A stretch of DNA of 32,000 nucleotides from Pyrobaculum calidifontis JCM 11548 (GTDB lineage Archaea > Thermoproteota > Thermoprotei > Thermoproteales > Thermoproteaceae), in contig NC_009073.1 in NCBI RefSeq assembly GCF_000015805.1, positions 1-32,000 of the forward strand, read 5' to 3'. The translations under genes were made by a program, and so were the position numbers. This document shows positions 14,872 to 22,624 of this stretch, piece by piece (position 1 is the first letter of the stretch; every line of letters begins with the position of its first letter). Under the pieces are notes generated by a model. That model searched no databases, was not told the DNA's origin, and saw only the letters and a program-made list of their open reading frames with translations.

Positions 14872-16107
14872 ATGGAGATCAAAGATGTTGCGATAAGGAA
14901 GATTTTCACGGGGAGGGGCGACTTAACGGTTGAGGTGGAGGTGGCCACTGAGGACTTTGTGGCCAAGGCCGCGGCGCCGGCCGGGGCGTCTAGGGGGGCC
15001 AACGAAGTTGTGTACTTCCCTGAGGAGGGCATCGATGCGGCAATTGCGGCGTTTGAGCGGCTGGTGGCGCCAGAGGTGGTGGGGCTAGACGTGAGCGAGC
15101 CATATGTGGTAGATGGGAAGTTGGAGGAGGTGGACGGCACTGCGAGGTTCGAGCGTATAGGGGGCGCCGTTGCCATAGCTACCTCGTTTGCCTCGGCTGA
15201 GGCTGGTGCCGCGTCTCTTGGGCTTCCCCTCTTCTCCTTCATTGGCGGGGCTTATGCCAGGAGGCTCCCGCTCCCCCTGGGCAACGTGATAGGAGGGGGG
15301 AAGCACAGCAGAGGCCTCGGCCCAGATATACAAGAGTTCTTGGCGATACCGCTGAATCCCCCCGACATCTTCACAGCTATTTACACAAACGTAGAAATTC
15401 ACAAGAGGGCTCTCAAGGGGATCTTGAAGGTGGACGCGAGTTTCACCGGTGGGAAAAACGACGAGGGGGCTTGGACGCCTCGCATATCCTCTCGCACCGC
15501 CTTGAGGATATTAAAAGAGACGGCAGAGGAGGTGGGTAAGGAGGTGGGCGTTGAGGTGGGGATCGGCGTAGATGTAGCCGCCTCTAGTCTCTGGAACGGC
15601 GAAAGGTACGTCTACAAAAACGAGGGGGTTGAGAGGGGGCCTAGGGAGCAGTTGGAGTTTATCGCGAAGCTGATCGAGGAGTTCGACTTGGTATATGTAG
15701 AGGACCCGTTCCATGAAGAGGACTTTCAATCCTTTGCAGAGCTCACCGACCGTTTTAGAGACAGGCTCATAGTCGGCGATGACCTGTTTGTAACAAACCC
15801 CGACAGGATAAGGCACGGCGGCAGACTTAAGGCCGCGACTGGCGTAATTATTAAGCCTGACCAAATAGGCACGCTACTCCGCGCCCATACAGCCGTGTCA
15901 ACAGCCAGGGAGTACGGGCTGAAGATCGTGGTATCGCACAGATCTGGCGACACTGAGTACAAGACACTTGCACACGTCGCCGTTGGTTTTGGAGCCGAGG
16001 TCATAAAAACTGGGATTATGGGCGGCGAGAGGACGGCCAAATTGAACGAGCTCATTAGAATAGGGGAGTACTTAGGCAGGTGGGGGAACATATCGCGAAT
16101 TAGGTAA
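14872..16107 (+). CDS. eno: enolase (phosphopyruvate hydratase)
   Basis: 411 aa. RGDLTVEVEV, APAGASRGANE, IKPDQIGTL, SHRSGDTE and ERTAKLNELIRI blocks. Starts 2 nt after the psmB stop. Confidence 0.9.
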   Translation: MEIKDVAIRKIFTGRGDLTVEVEVATEDFVAKAAAPAGASRGANEVVYFPEEGIDAAIAAFERLVAPEVVGLDVSEPYVVDGKLEEVDGTARFERIGGAVAIATSFASAEAGAASLGLPLFSFIGGAYARRLPLPLGNVIGGGKHSRGLGPDIQEFLAIPLNPPDIFTAIYTNVEIHKRALKGILKVDASFTGGKNDEGAWTPRISSRTALRILKETAEEVGKEVGVEVGIGVDVAASSLWNGERYVYKNEGVERGPREQLEFIAKLIEEFDLVYVEDPFHEEDFQSFAELTDRFRDRLIVGDDLFVTNPDRIRHGGRLKAATGVIIKPDQIGTLLRAHTAVSTAREYGLKIVVSHRSGDTEYKTLAHVAVGFGAEVIKTGIMGGERTAKLNELIRIGEYLGRWGNISRIR

Positions 16108-16156
16108 CAGCCTGAGCGACCTAAGATACTACATATAAAGGAGTCGAATATTTGCC

Positions 16157-16564
16157 GTGGTTGTTAGAATAAAGAGCCGCATATGGGTTGATAAAGATGG
16201 GCAAGAGTTGATAGGGCCCGGCATCTACAGCATATTAAAGGCAATTGAGGAGACGGGCTCAATAGCATCGGCGGCGAGGAAGCTGGGCTACTCATATAAA
16301 TTCGTGTGGACGTATATAAAGCGGCTTGAGGACGTCTTAGGCGTCCCCCTCGTGGAGTCTAAGAGGGGGGGCAAGGAGAGGGGCGTAACCGAGTTGACGG
16401 AGGTGGGAAAAATCTTGTTAAACTACTACGAGTCCATGAGTAGAGAAGTGGAGGAGGTGTTAAAGCGGTGGGAACAGAAGTTTTCAAACTTGGTAGAGAC
16501 TCTACAAACGGCAGTGGCAGAAGTGGAAAAAGAGGAAGAGATCCCGTATTACGAGGAGGAGTAG
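16157..16564 (+). CDS. ModE N-terminal-domain-like HTH regulator (no Mop/TOBE domain)
   Basis: 135 aa, GTG start. GSIASAARKLGYSYKFVWTYIKRLEDVLGVPLVESKRGGKERG matches the ModE-type HTH. Acidic C-terminal tail. TATA-like CATATAAAGG lies about 17-26 nt upstream. Confidence 0.75.
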   Translation: MVVRIKSRIWVDKDGQELIGPGIYSILKAIEETGSIASAARKLGYSYKFVWTYIKRLEDVLGVPLVESKRGGKERGVTELTEVGKILLNYYESMSREVEEVLKRWEQKFSNLVETLQTAVAEVEKEEEIPYYEEE

Positions 16565-16810
16565 GGGCATCCGACCTACTTTGCCGCCCTGGGTCGCCCC
16601 TAGCGGATCATTAATCCCCCCCTCATGTCGCCCCGTGGGCGAGCTCTAGACAATAACCCATGTAAGAACAGATAATAGATTGAATAGGCTTCAAGGCCGG
16701 TGGGGGAAATGGGCATGCTAAATCTCGCGGGCTCTTCTCTCTGCGCTGAGGGCTACACGTCTCTCCTGGCCTCGAATCTACATTTGACGACTAGATTCTT
16801 CGCGCCTCAG

Positions 16811-17740
16811 TCATTTAGAAGCGTATATGTGGAATCTAGGCTCTCTACTCGCAAGAGCTGTCTTTACCGCGTACACCATGCCCTCGACGTCTCTGTTCTT
16901 GATGTACGGAGCTAAGTCCACCGCAGGCTCGGCGTATATACAGGTCTTAAGCTTGCCATCGCTTGTGAGTCTCATGGTAGTACAGCCGCTACAGAACGTG
17001 GGGTTGTTGTAGTTCTTTATGAGCTCTATGGTGACGCCGCCGAGTTTGTACAACGGCCTATTGTGCAACTCTTTTCTCAGGGAGAGAGGCCTGCCGCCCA
17101 GTCTCGTCACTATCTCTGCTATCGTCTCTATTGGCTCGTAATAGTCGCCAAACACCTTTAGCCCACTTCCGGAGGGCATGAGCTCTATGAACTGCAGCGA
17201 TGCGTCAAGCGATGCGGCTAATTTCACCAGCTCCTTAACGCTTTTATCATCAGTGTTAATGCCCCTTAATACAACGGCATTTAGCTTAATTGCCAGACCT
17301 CTATTTCTGCTCTCCTGAAGCCCGCGTAGGACCTCTTTAAAAGCCCACGTAGGAGCTCCCACGACCTTGGAATATTTCTCAGGATCCGCCGTGTGTATAG
17401 AGACGTTTATCTTCCTAAGCCCAGCCTTATACAGCCTGTCCACCCACCTCCTCAGGAGAAGCCCATTAGTGGTTATTGACACGGCGGCGACCCTCGCTAT
17501 TGCTTCAACTATTTTATCTATGTCTCGCCTGAGCAACGGCTCACCTCCTGTCAACTTAAAATCGTAGACGCCGAGCTTTGAAAACACGTATGAGGCAAAT
17601 TCGTAGTCCTCAGCCGTAAGCGTCGAACCCTGCCGCCTCTGCTGGCCCTCAAAATGACAAAAGAGACAGTTGTAGTTGCACTCGTCATCGACGACATATC
17701 TCATTTTCAAAAACGGCCTGCCAACCCTATCACTAAGCAC
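16811..17740 (-). CDS. moaA: GTP 3',8-cyclase MoaA (radical SAM, molybdenum cofactor biosynthesis)
   Basis: 309 aa. CNYNCLFCH radical-SAM cluster motif, LTGGEPLLR, C-terminal second cluster cysteines (CSGCTTMRLTSDGKLKTC). Confidence 0.92.
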   Translation of the reverse strand: MLSDRVGRPFLKMRYVVDDECNYNCLFCHFEGQQRRQGSTLTAEDYEFASYVFSKLGVYDFKLTGGEPLLRRDIDKIVEAIARVAAVSITTNGLLLRRWVDRLYKAGLRKINVSIHTADPEKYSKVVGAPTWAFKEVLRGLQESRNRGLAIKLNAVVLRGINTDDKSVKELVKLAASLDASLQFIELMPSGSGLKVFGDYYEPIETIAEIVTRLGGRPLSLRKELHNRPLYKLGGVTIELIKNYNNPTFCSGCTTMRLTSDGKLKTCIYAEPAVDLAPYIKNRDVEGMVYAVKTALASREPRFHIYASK

Positions 17741-17820
17741 AGTCTAACACGAATGGCAGATTAAATATATACCGTGCACGTGTAGTATACGTGTACTTAA
17801 ACCTCTACTAGTAGTGCCTT
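17741..17820. promoter_or_regulatory. divergent promoter region (moaA / kinase) with repeat elements
   Basis: TATA-like TTAAATATATA (about 17761-17771) sits 21-31 nt from the moaA ATG. ACGTGTA is directly repeated at 17778-17784 and 17789-17795 within an 18/23 imperfect palindrome (17774-17796). A perfect palindrome CTACTAGTAG lies at 17806-17815. Confidence 0.5.
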
Positions 17821-19248
17821 GTGGTGTTGTGGCAAATGTCGGCTGTGCTTCTTGCAGTCTTGGCGTGGGCTCTCTACAGCAGATATGTTTCACTCTTCTG
17901 GGTCGTCATATCGGCTACGTTGCTTCTCATCTCCAGCGGGCTTTTGGCGTCGTTGAACACGGCGTTGATCGGGTTGGTAGTACTTAGGGGAATTTTTGAT
18001 AGATATAGAAGAGAAATACTTACTCTATTTATTAGTTTACTAATTGTAAAAATTGTTTTTATAACTGAACTTTATTTAGACGAAAGGCTCCCGCTTGTGT
18101 ACTACCTCTTAGATGGAGTATTCACAGCAACTTCTGCGTTTATGTTGTCTGCCTACAGTTTTAAGCCGCCTCGCCTTAAGTATGCCCAAGTTCTAGCTTT
18201 CCCTGCCTCTGCCCTCTCTTCTCTTCTTACATTGCCAGAGTCTGTCGTTTTAGGAATACTGGTAGCCCTATTGGACACGCCTCCGTATGTCGCCGCGGCG
18301 CTGGCGGCGGCTAATGCCGCATATCTATACGTCGTGGGGGACACCGCGCTCTTTCTCCCACCGTTGCTGTTCACAGTGGCATATGTTATAGCGTACAAGA
18401 GGGTGTTGTTTATAGCGGAGAAGCCGCCGGCGGGCTGGCTCTACTCGTGGCTTGGGGGTAGGTACAAGGTGGTTAAACTGCTCGGCGTGGGCGGGTTCAG
18501 CTACGTGCTCGCGGTTAAACGCGGTGGCAAAATCTATGCAGCTAAGATACTTCGCTATACGGACGACTACGGAGTTCCCCTGGCCGGAGACGAGAAGGTG
18601 CTCGCCTTCTTTGGCCAAGAGATGAATAGGTATCTTGAGATAAAGTCGGAGAGAATAGTCAAGGCGTATGAGGTGTATCTGCCAGCGGTTGGGTACAAAG
18701 ACTTGCGCCACTACATGAGAGACCCGCCCTACATCTTGCTTGAGTACATGAGGGGAACCTTGAGAGACGTGCTTAGGATTAAGAAAACTCTGCCAGTGCC
18801 GCAGGTGGTGGAGATGTTTAAACAGCTCGCCGCCGGCCTATACGACATACATAGGCACAACGTCGTCCACTTAGACATAAAGCCGGAGAACATCATGTTT
18901 GGAGAGGGCGGAGTAGTCAAAATAGGCGACATGGGGATAGCGAAGGTTGTGGCCGGGGGGTATGTGCATAGTAGCTATATGTCTCCTGCATACGCGGCTC
19001 CGGAGCTTAAGAGAGGCGTGGCCTCCTTTGCCTCAGACGTATACTCGCTTGCTTGCGTCATCTACGAGGCTTTAACGGGGATAAACCCAAACGTCTTCGT
19101 GGAAAACGGATACCCGGTGCCTCCGCCCAGCTCTTACAACAAAGAGGTGCCCCCTTGGCTGGACGAGCTGTTGTTAAAGATGCTGGCGCCGGACCCAGCC
19201 CGGAGACCTAGCGCAGCTGAGGTTCTGAAAGCGTTGGAGGGGCGCTGA
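17821..19248 (+). CDS. membrane-anchored Hanks-type Ser/Thr protein kinase
   Basis: 475 aa. The N-terminal ~200 aa are hydrophobic with multiple TM-like segments. Kinase motifs: GVGGFSYV, YAAKIL, HLDIKPENIMF, DMG, SPAYAAPE. GTG start at 17821, or ATG at 17836. Confidence 0.88.
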   Translation: MVLWQMSAVLLAVLAWALYSRYVSLFWVVISATLLLISSGLLASLNTALIGLVVLRGIFDRYRREILTLFISLLIVKIVFITELYLDERLPLVYYLLDGVFTATSAFMLSAYSFKPPRLKYAQVLAFPASALSSLLTLPESVVLGILVALLDTPPYVAAALAAANAAYLYVVGDTALFLPPLLFTVAYVIAYKRVLFIAEKPPAGWLYSWLGGRYKVVKLLGVGGFSYVLAVKRGGKIYAAKILRYTDDYGVPLAGDEKVLAFFGQEMNRYLEIKSERIVKAYEVYLPAVGYKDLRHYMRDPPYILLEYMRGTLRDVLRIKKTLPVPQVVEMFKQLAAGLYDIHRHNVVHLDIKPENIMFGEGGVVKIGDMGIAKVVAGGYVHSSYMSPAYAAPELKRGVASFASDVYSLACVIYEALTGINPNVFVENGYPVPPPSSYNKEVPPWLDELLLKMLAPDPARRPSAAEVLKALEGR

Positions 19249-19285
19249 GGCGTTACCTTTATTACCAAAGAGGTTTAACAAGGGC

Positions 19286-19735
19286 GTGCCCTGGAGATGT
19301 CCCATCTGCGGCACTGAGAACCGCGACGACGCGTTGACATGTAGAGTGTGCGGAGCCTATAAGCCCGAGGCAACTACAAAGAGGATGGGCCAGCCGCCGA
19401 GGGAGGAGGTCAGCGGCGTAGTTGTAATAGAGGTGTTGGAAAGCCCCGTGGAGCCCCTCGTGGGGAAAAAGTTTGAGTTTAGAGTCAACTCGCCCGGCAC
19501 GATTATCACCGTGGGGAGGTCTGTGGAAAACCAAGTGGTGGTGCCAGACCCCCTGGTCTCGAGAAGACACTTAAGGCTCATAGTGACGCAGAACGGCATA
19601 GTAGTAGAGGACTTGGGCAGCAGCAACGGCACATATCTATTGACGGAGGGGGGAGAGCGGCTAGTAAAGGTGGAGAACGTTGGAAAAAGCGCCGTGTTAC
19701 GCATAGGGAGGACCAAGCTTAGAATCGTTGCTTGA
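19286..19735 (+). CDS. zinc-ribbon + FHA domain protein (ArnA-like)
   Basis: 149 aa, GTG start. CPICG-x11-CRVCG ribbon. FHA core ITVGRS...VSRRHLRL...VEDLGSSNGTYL. TATA-like CTTTATTAC lies 21-29 nt upstream. Confidence 0.85.
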   Translation: MPWRCPICGTENRDDALTCRVCGAYKPEATTKRMGQPPREEVSGVVVIEVLESPVEPLVGKKFEFRVNSPGTIITVGRSVENQVVVPDPLVSRRHLRLIVTQNGIVVEDLGSSNGTYLLTEGGERLVKVENVGKSAVLRIGRTKLRIVA

Positions 19736-19768
19736 AAGTATATATACTACCTCTGTCGCCACATCCAC

Positions 19769-20395
19769 ATGGCCGAGGAGGCGCAGTATGAGTATCTCGT
19801 GCCGCTGGAGAAATACTTAAGCGCAGGCGTGAGATTGGGAACGCGGCTCTCCAATAAGTACCTAGAGGAGAGGGGCTTCATATACGCGGTTAGGCCAGAC
19901 GGTTTGAGGATCTTCGACATTAAGAAAATCGACGAGCGGCTGAGAATTGCGGCCAAACTCATCGCGAGGTATCCGCCCGACAGAGTGTTAGTACATACCA
20001 CAAGGCCCTACGGCTTCAAGCCAGTGCAAATGTTCTGCAAATTTGTCGGATGCAAAGCTCTCACAGGCAGATTTATACCAGGCATGTTGACTAACCCCAA
20101 TCTCTCAAACTACCTTGAGGTAGACTTGCTATTCGTAGTAGACCCGAGACTAGACTCCCAAGCCGTCGCCGAGGCGGCCAAGATGGGGATACCCGTGGTG
20201 GCGCTTGTAGATACAGACACGCCGCATCAATACATCGACTTCATGATCCCCTGCAACAACAAGGGGAGGAAGAGCCTGGCGCTCATCTTCTGGGTTTTGG
20301 CTAGGCAGGTTCTTAGAGAGAGAGGCGAGCTTAAGCCTGACCAAGACCTCCCTGTCCCGCCCGAGGAGTTTGAGACGAGACTTGTACAAACTTAA
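19769..20395 (+). CDS. rps2: 30S ribosomal protein uS2
   Basis: 208 aa. LSAGVRLGTR, typical archaeal S2/SA blocks. TATA GTATATATAC lies about 21-30 nt upstream. Confidence 0.93.
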   Translation: MAEEAQYEYLVPLEKYLSAGVRLGTRLSNKYLEERGFIYAVRPDGLRIFDIKKIDERLRIAAKLIARYPPDRVLVHTTRPYGFKPVQMFCKFVGCKALTGRFIPGMLTNPNLSNYLEVDLLFVVDPRLDSQAVAEAAKMGIPVVALVDTDTPHQYIDFMIPCNNKGRKSLALIFWVLARQVLRERGELKPDQDLPVPPEEFETRLVQT

Positions 20396-20427
20396 ACTTT
20401 TTAAAATTATAGACGTATAGACAAGCA

Positions 20428-21273
20428 ATGCGTATTAGAAAGCCCGCCGTAGCCGGTTACTTCTACGAGTCGAGGGCCGACGAGTTGCAGGCGCGGATTG
20501 AGTGGTCTATTAAACACGAGATTGGGCCCAAGGCCCCCGTCTTGCCTAAACTCGGGACCGAGGCCCTAGGCGGCGTGGTTCCACACGCCGGATATATGTA
20601 CTCAGGGCCTGTGGCCGCGTGGCTGTACTCGGCCCTGGCAGGTTACGGCGCGCCCACAACCTTCGTTATCATTGGCCCAAACCACTACGGCATAGGCGCC
20701 CCCGTGGCAATTATGAAGTCTGGGGCTTGGGAAACCCCCTTCGGCCGTGTGGAGATAGACGAAGAGCTCGCCTCGCTGATAGCGTCGAACTATAGGGAGA
20801 TTGAAGACGATGCCCACGCCTTTTCTAAGGAGCACTCAATCGAGGTACAGTTGCCGTTTATCCAGTACTACTTCAAAAACGTCAAGTTTGTGCCCATAGC
20901 GGTGTGGAGACAGACGCTGTCTACGTCGCGCGAGTTGGGAAAGGCAATTGCCAAAGCCCTGAGAGAGTACAAGAGGCGAGTGTACTTATTGGCGAGTAGC
21001 GACTTCAACCACTACGAGCCCCACGACGTCACCGTTAAAAAAGACGACATGGCGATAGGCAAAATCTTGGAGTTAGACGAGGCTGGGCTCTTCGATGTGG
21101 CGTCTAGATTCGACATATCGATATGTGGAATAGGGCCCATAGCGTCGGTGATAGTTGCGGCGAAAGAGCTGGGGTTCTCCAACGCGGCCTTGCTCAAGCA
21201 TGCGACTTCTGGCGACACGAGCGGCTATCGCGATGAGACGGTTGGCTACGCCTCAATCCTCTTCTATAAATAA
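20428..21273 (+). CDS. MEMO1-family protein (AmmeMemoRadiSam system protein B-like)
   Basis: 281 aa. [41 protein letters not shown] motifs. Confidence 0.88.
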
Positions 21274-22623
21274 CTTAATGACGTGCTCGCCCCCTCTTAT
21301 CCCATATGTGGCCACATAAGGCGCCTTCCCCCTCATGGCTATAAGCTTCGCGAGCCCCTCCTCGTAGCTGGGGGCGGGTATGTGGTGGGGCTCTAAAGCC
21401 CACACCACCGACAGCGCACGTGCAGTCTTCATGCTTGGAGTGCCCACGTAGACAAGCTGCAGAGGCCTAAACTTGGCCACTCGCCTTGCCAGCGCCCCGC
21501 TCATGCTGTATATGAGGATGTCTGCCCCAAGATCTTCTGCCAGTTCTACAAGCGCTTTTGCGAATCTATCTCTCACGCCATTGGGGAGAGGGCGCTGAGG
21601 CACGTGGTACTCCACCGCGTTGAGAATTTTTGTAAGCCAGCTGGCAGCCTCAATGGGGTATCTCCCGCTGGCGGTCTCGTTGGTAAGCCAAACGCTGTCA
21701 ACTCCCATGGAGGCAGTCGTGAACACGTCGTTGACCTCGGCCCTTGTGGGCGTTGGGTAACTCTGGAGGGAATCTAACAGTTGTGTGGCCACGGCGACTG
21801 GCTTCCCCAGCCTCAGCGCGGTGTAGACAACTCTGCGTTGTACAACGGGCAGAGACTCAAGCCCGTAGTGGAGGCCTAAGTCGCCCCTGGCCACGACCAA
21901 GTAGTCGCCACATTGGGCCAACTCCTCTAACGCCTCGACGGCCCGCCTTGTCTCAATTTTGACCGCCACCTGGCTCTCAAACCCAAGCTCCCTCAAGATA
22001 GCCCTCGCCTTTTCTACATCTCCACAGCCCCTGGCCAAGCTCACAGACACGTAATCCACTTCGCGGGCGAGGTGGGCAATCCCCCGTAGTGTCTCTATGT
22101 CGTCGTCGGTGGGCGAGGGCAGATCGAAGTCCTTGCCCTCAATCACCACAGCCTTGCCGCTTTCAACAACGCCGCTCGACTCAGCCAACGCCCTAGCGGC
22201 GCCGGGCCCCGCCGAGACGACCCTCATCCTCAACTTGCCGTCAAGCATTAAGACCACATCGCCAGGCTCTACAACCGCGAAGAAGAGCTCTGGCACTGGT
22301 ATAAAACTGCCGTCGGACTCGCGTCCAGGCTTAAATACCACCTCTTGCCCCCTCTCCACGCTTATTGGAGGCGTTTTTCCAACTCGGACGCTTGGCCCCC
22401 TCAAGTCTACGACGAGGGCCAGGGGGCGCCCCCTCTCTGCCTCATAGGTCCTAACCGTCCGCACCCGCGCCTCTACCTCGCCGGGGGTGGCATGTGCCAA
22501 GTTTATCCTAACGCCGTCTGCCAAGTCTAAGAAGCGGAACACCTCGCCTATCGACAAGGCGTCGGTCGCCGGGCCCAGCGTCAAAACTCTCTTCGTAAGC
22601 GGCTTTGCAGAGGCCTTGCCCAT
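21253..22623 (-). CDS. pyk: pyruvate kinase
   Basis: [23 protein letters not shown] blocks. I prefer the ATG at 22623 (MGKASAKPL...), which lies 1 nt after the aCPSF1 stop, over the ORF-track start at 22662. Confidence 0.88.
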
Positions 22624-22624
22624 G

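Noticed and set aside
14853-15242. 129-aa Ala/Ser/Thr-rich ORF antisense to eno (similar shadows at 15511-15864, 15726-16091, 25328-25840, 27120-27707, 29189-29677)
   Set aside because: These are low-complexity shadow ORFs within strongly supported genes.
16668-16693. String ACAGA-N14-GGCTTCA, reminiscent of RNase P RNA CR-V (ACAGAA...GGCUUA), near a GGGGGAAATGGGC string
   Set aside because: The CR-I-like string lies downstream rather than upstream. No complementary P4 partner (GAAGCC) was found, and the spacing is wrong. I treat it as a chance resemblance, although the surrounding gap is reported as unexplained.
16700-16915. 71-aa ORF in the ModE-like/moaA gap
   Set aside because: It overlaps the moaA 3' end in antisense by 105 nt, has no TATA-like box at the right distance, and has no protein-like features.
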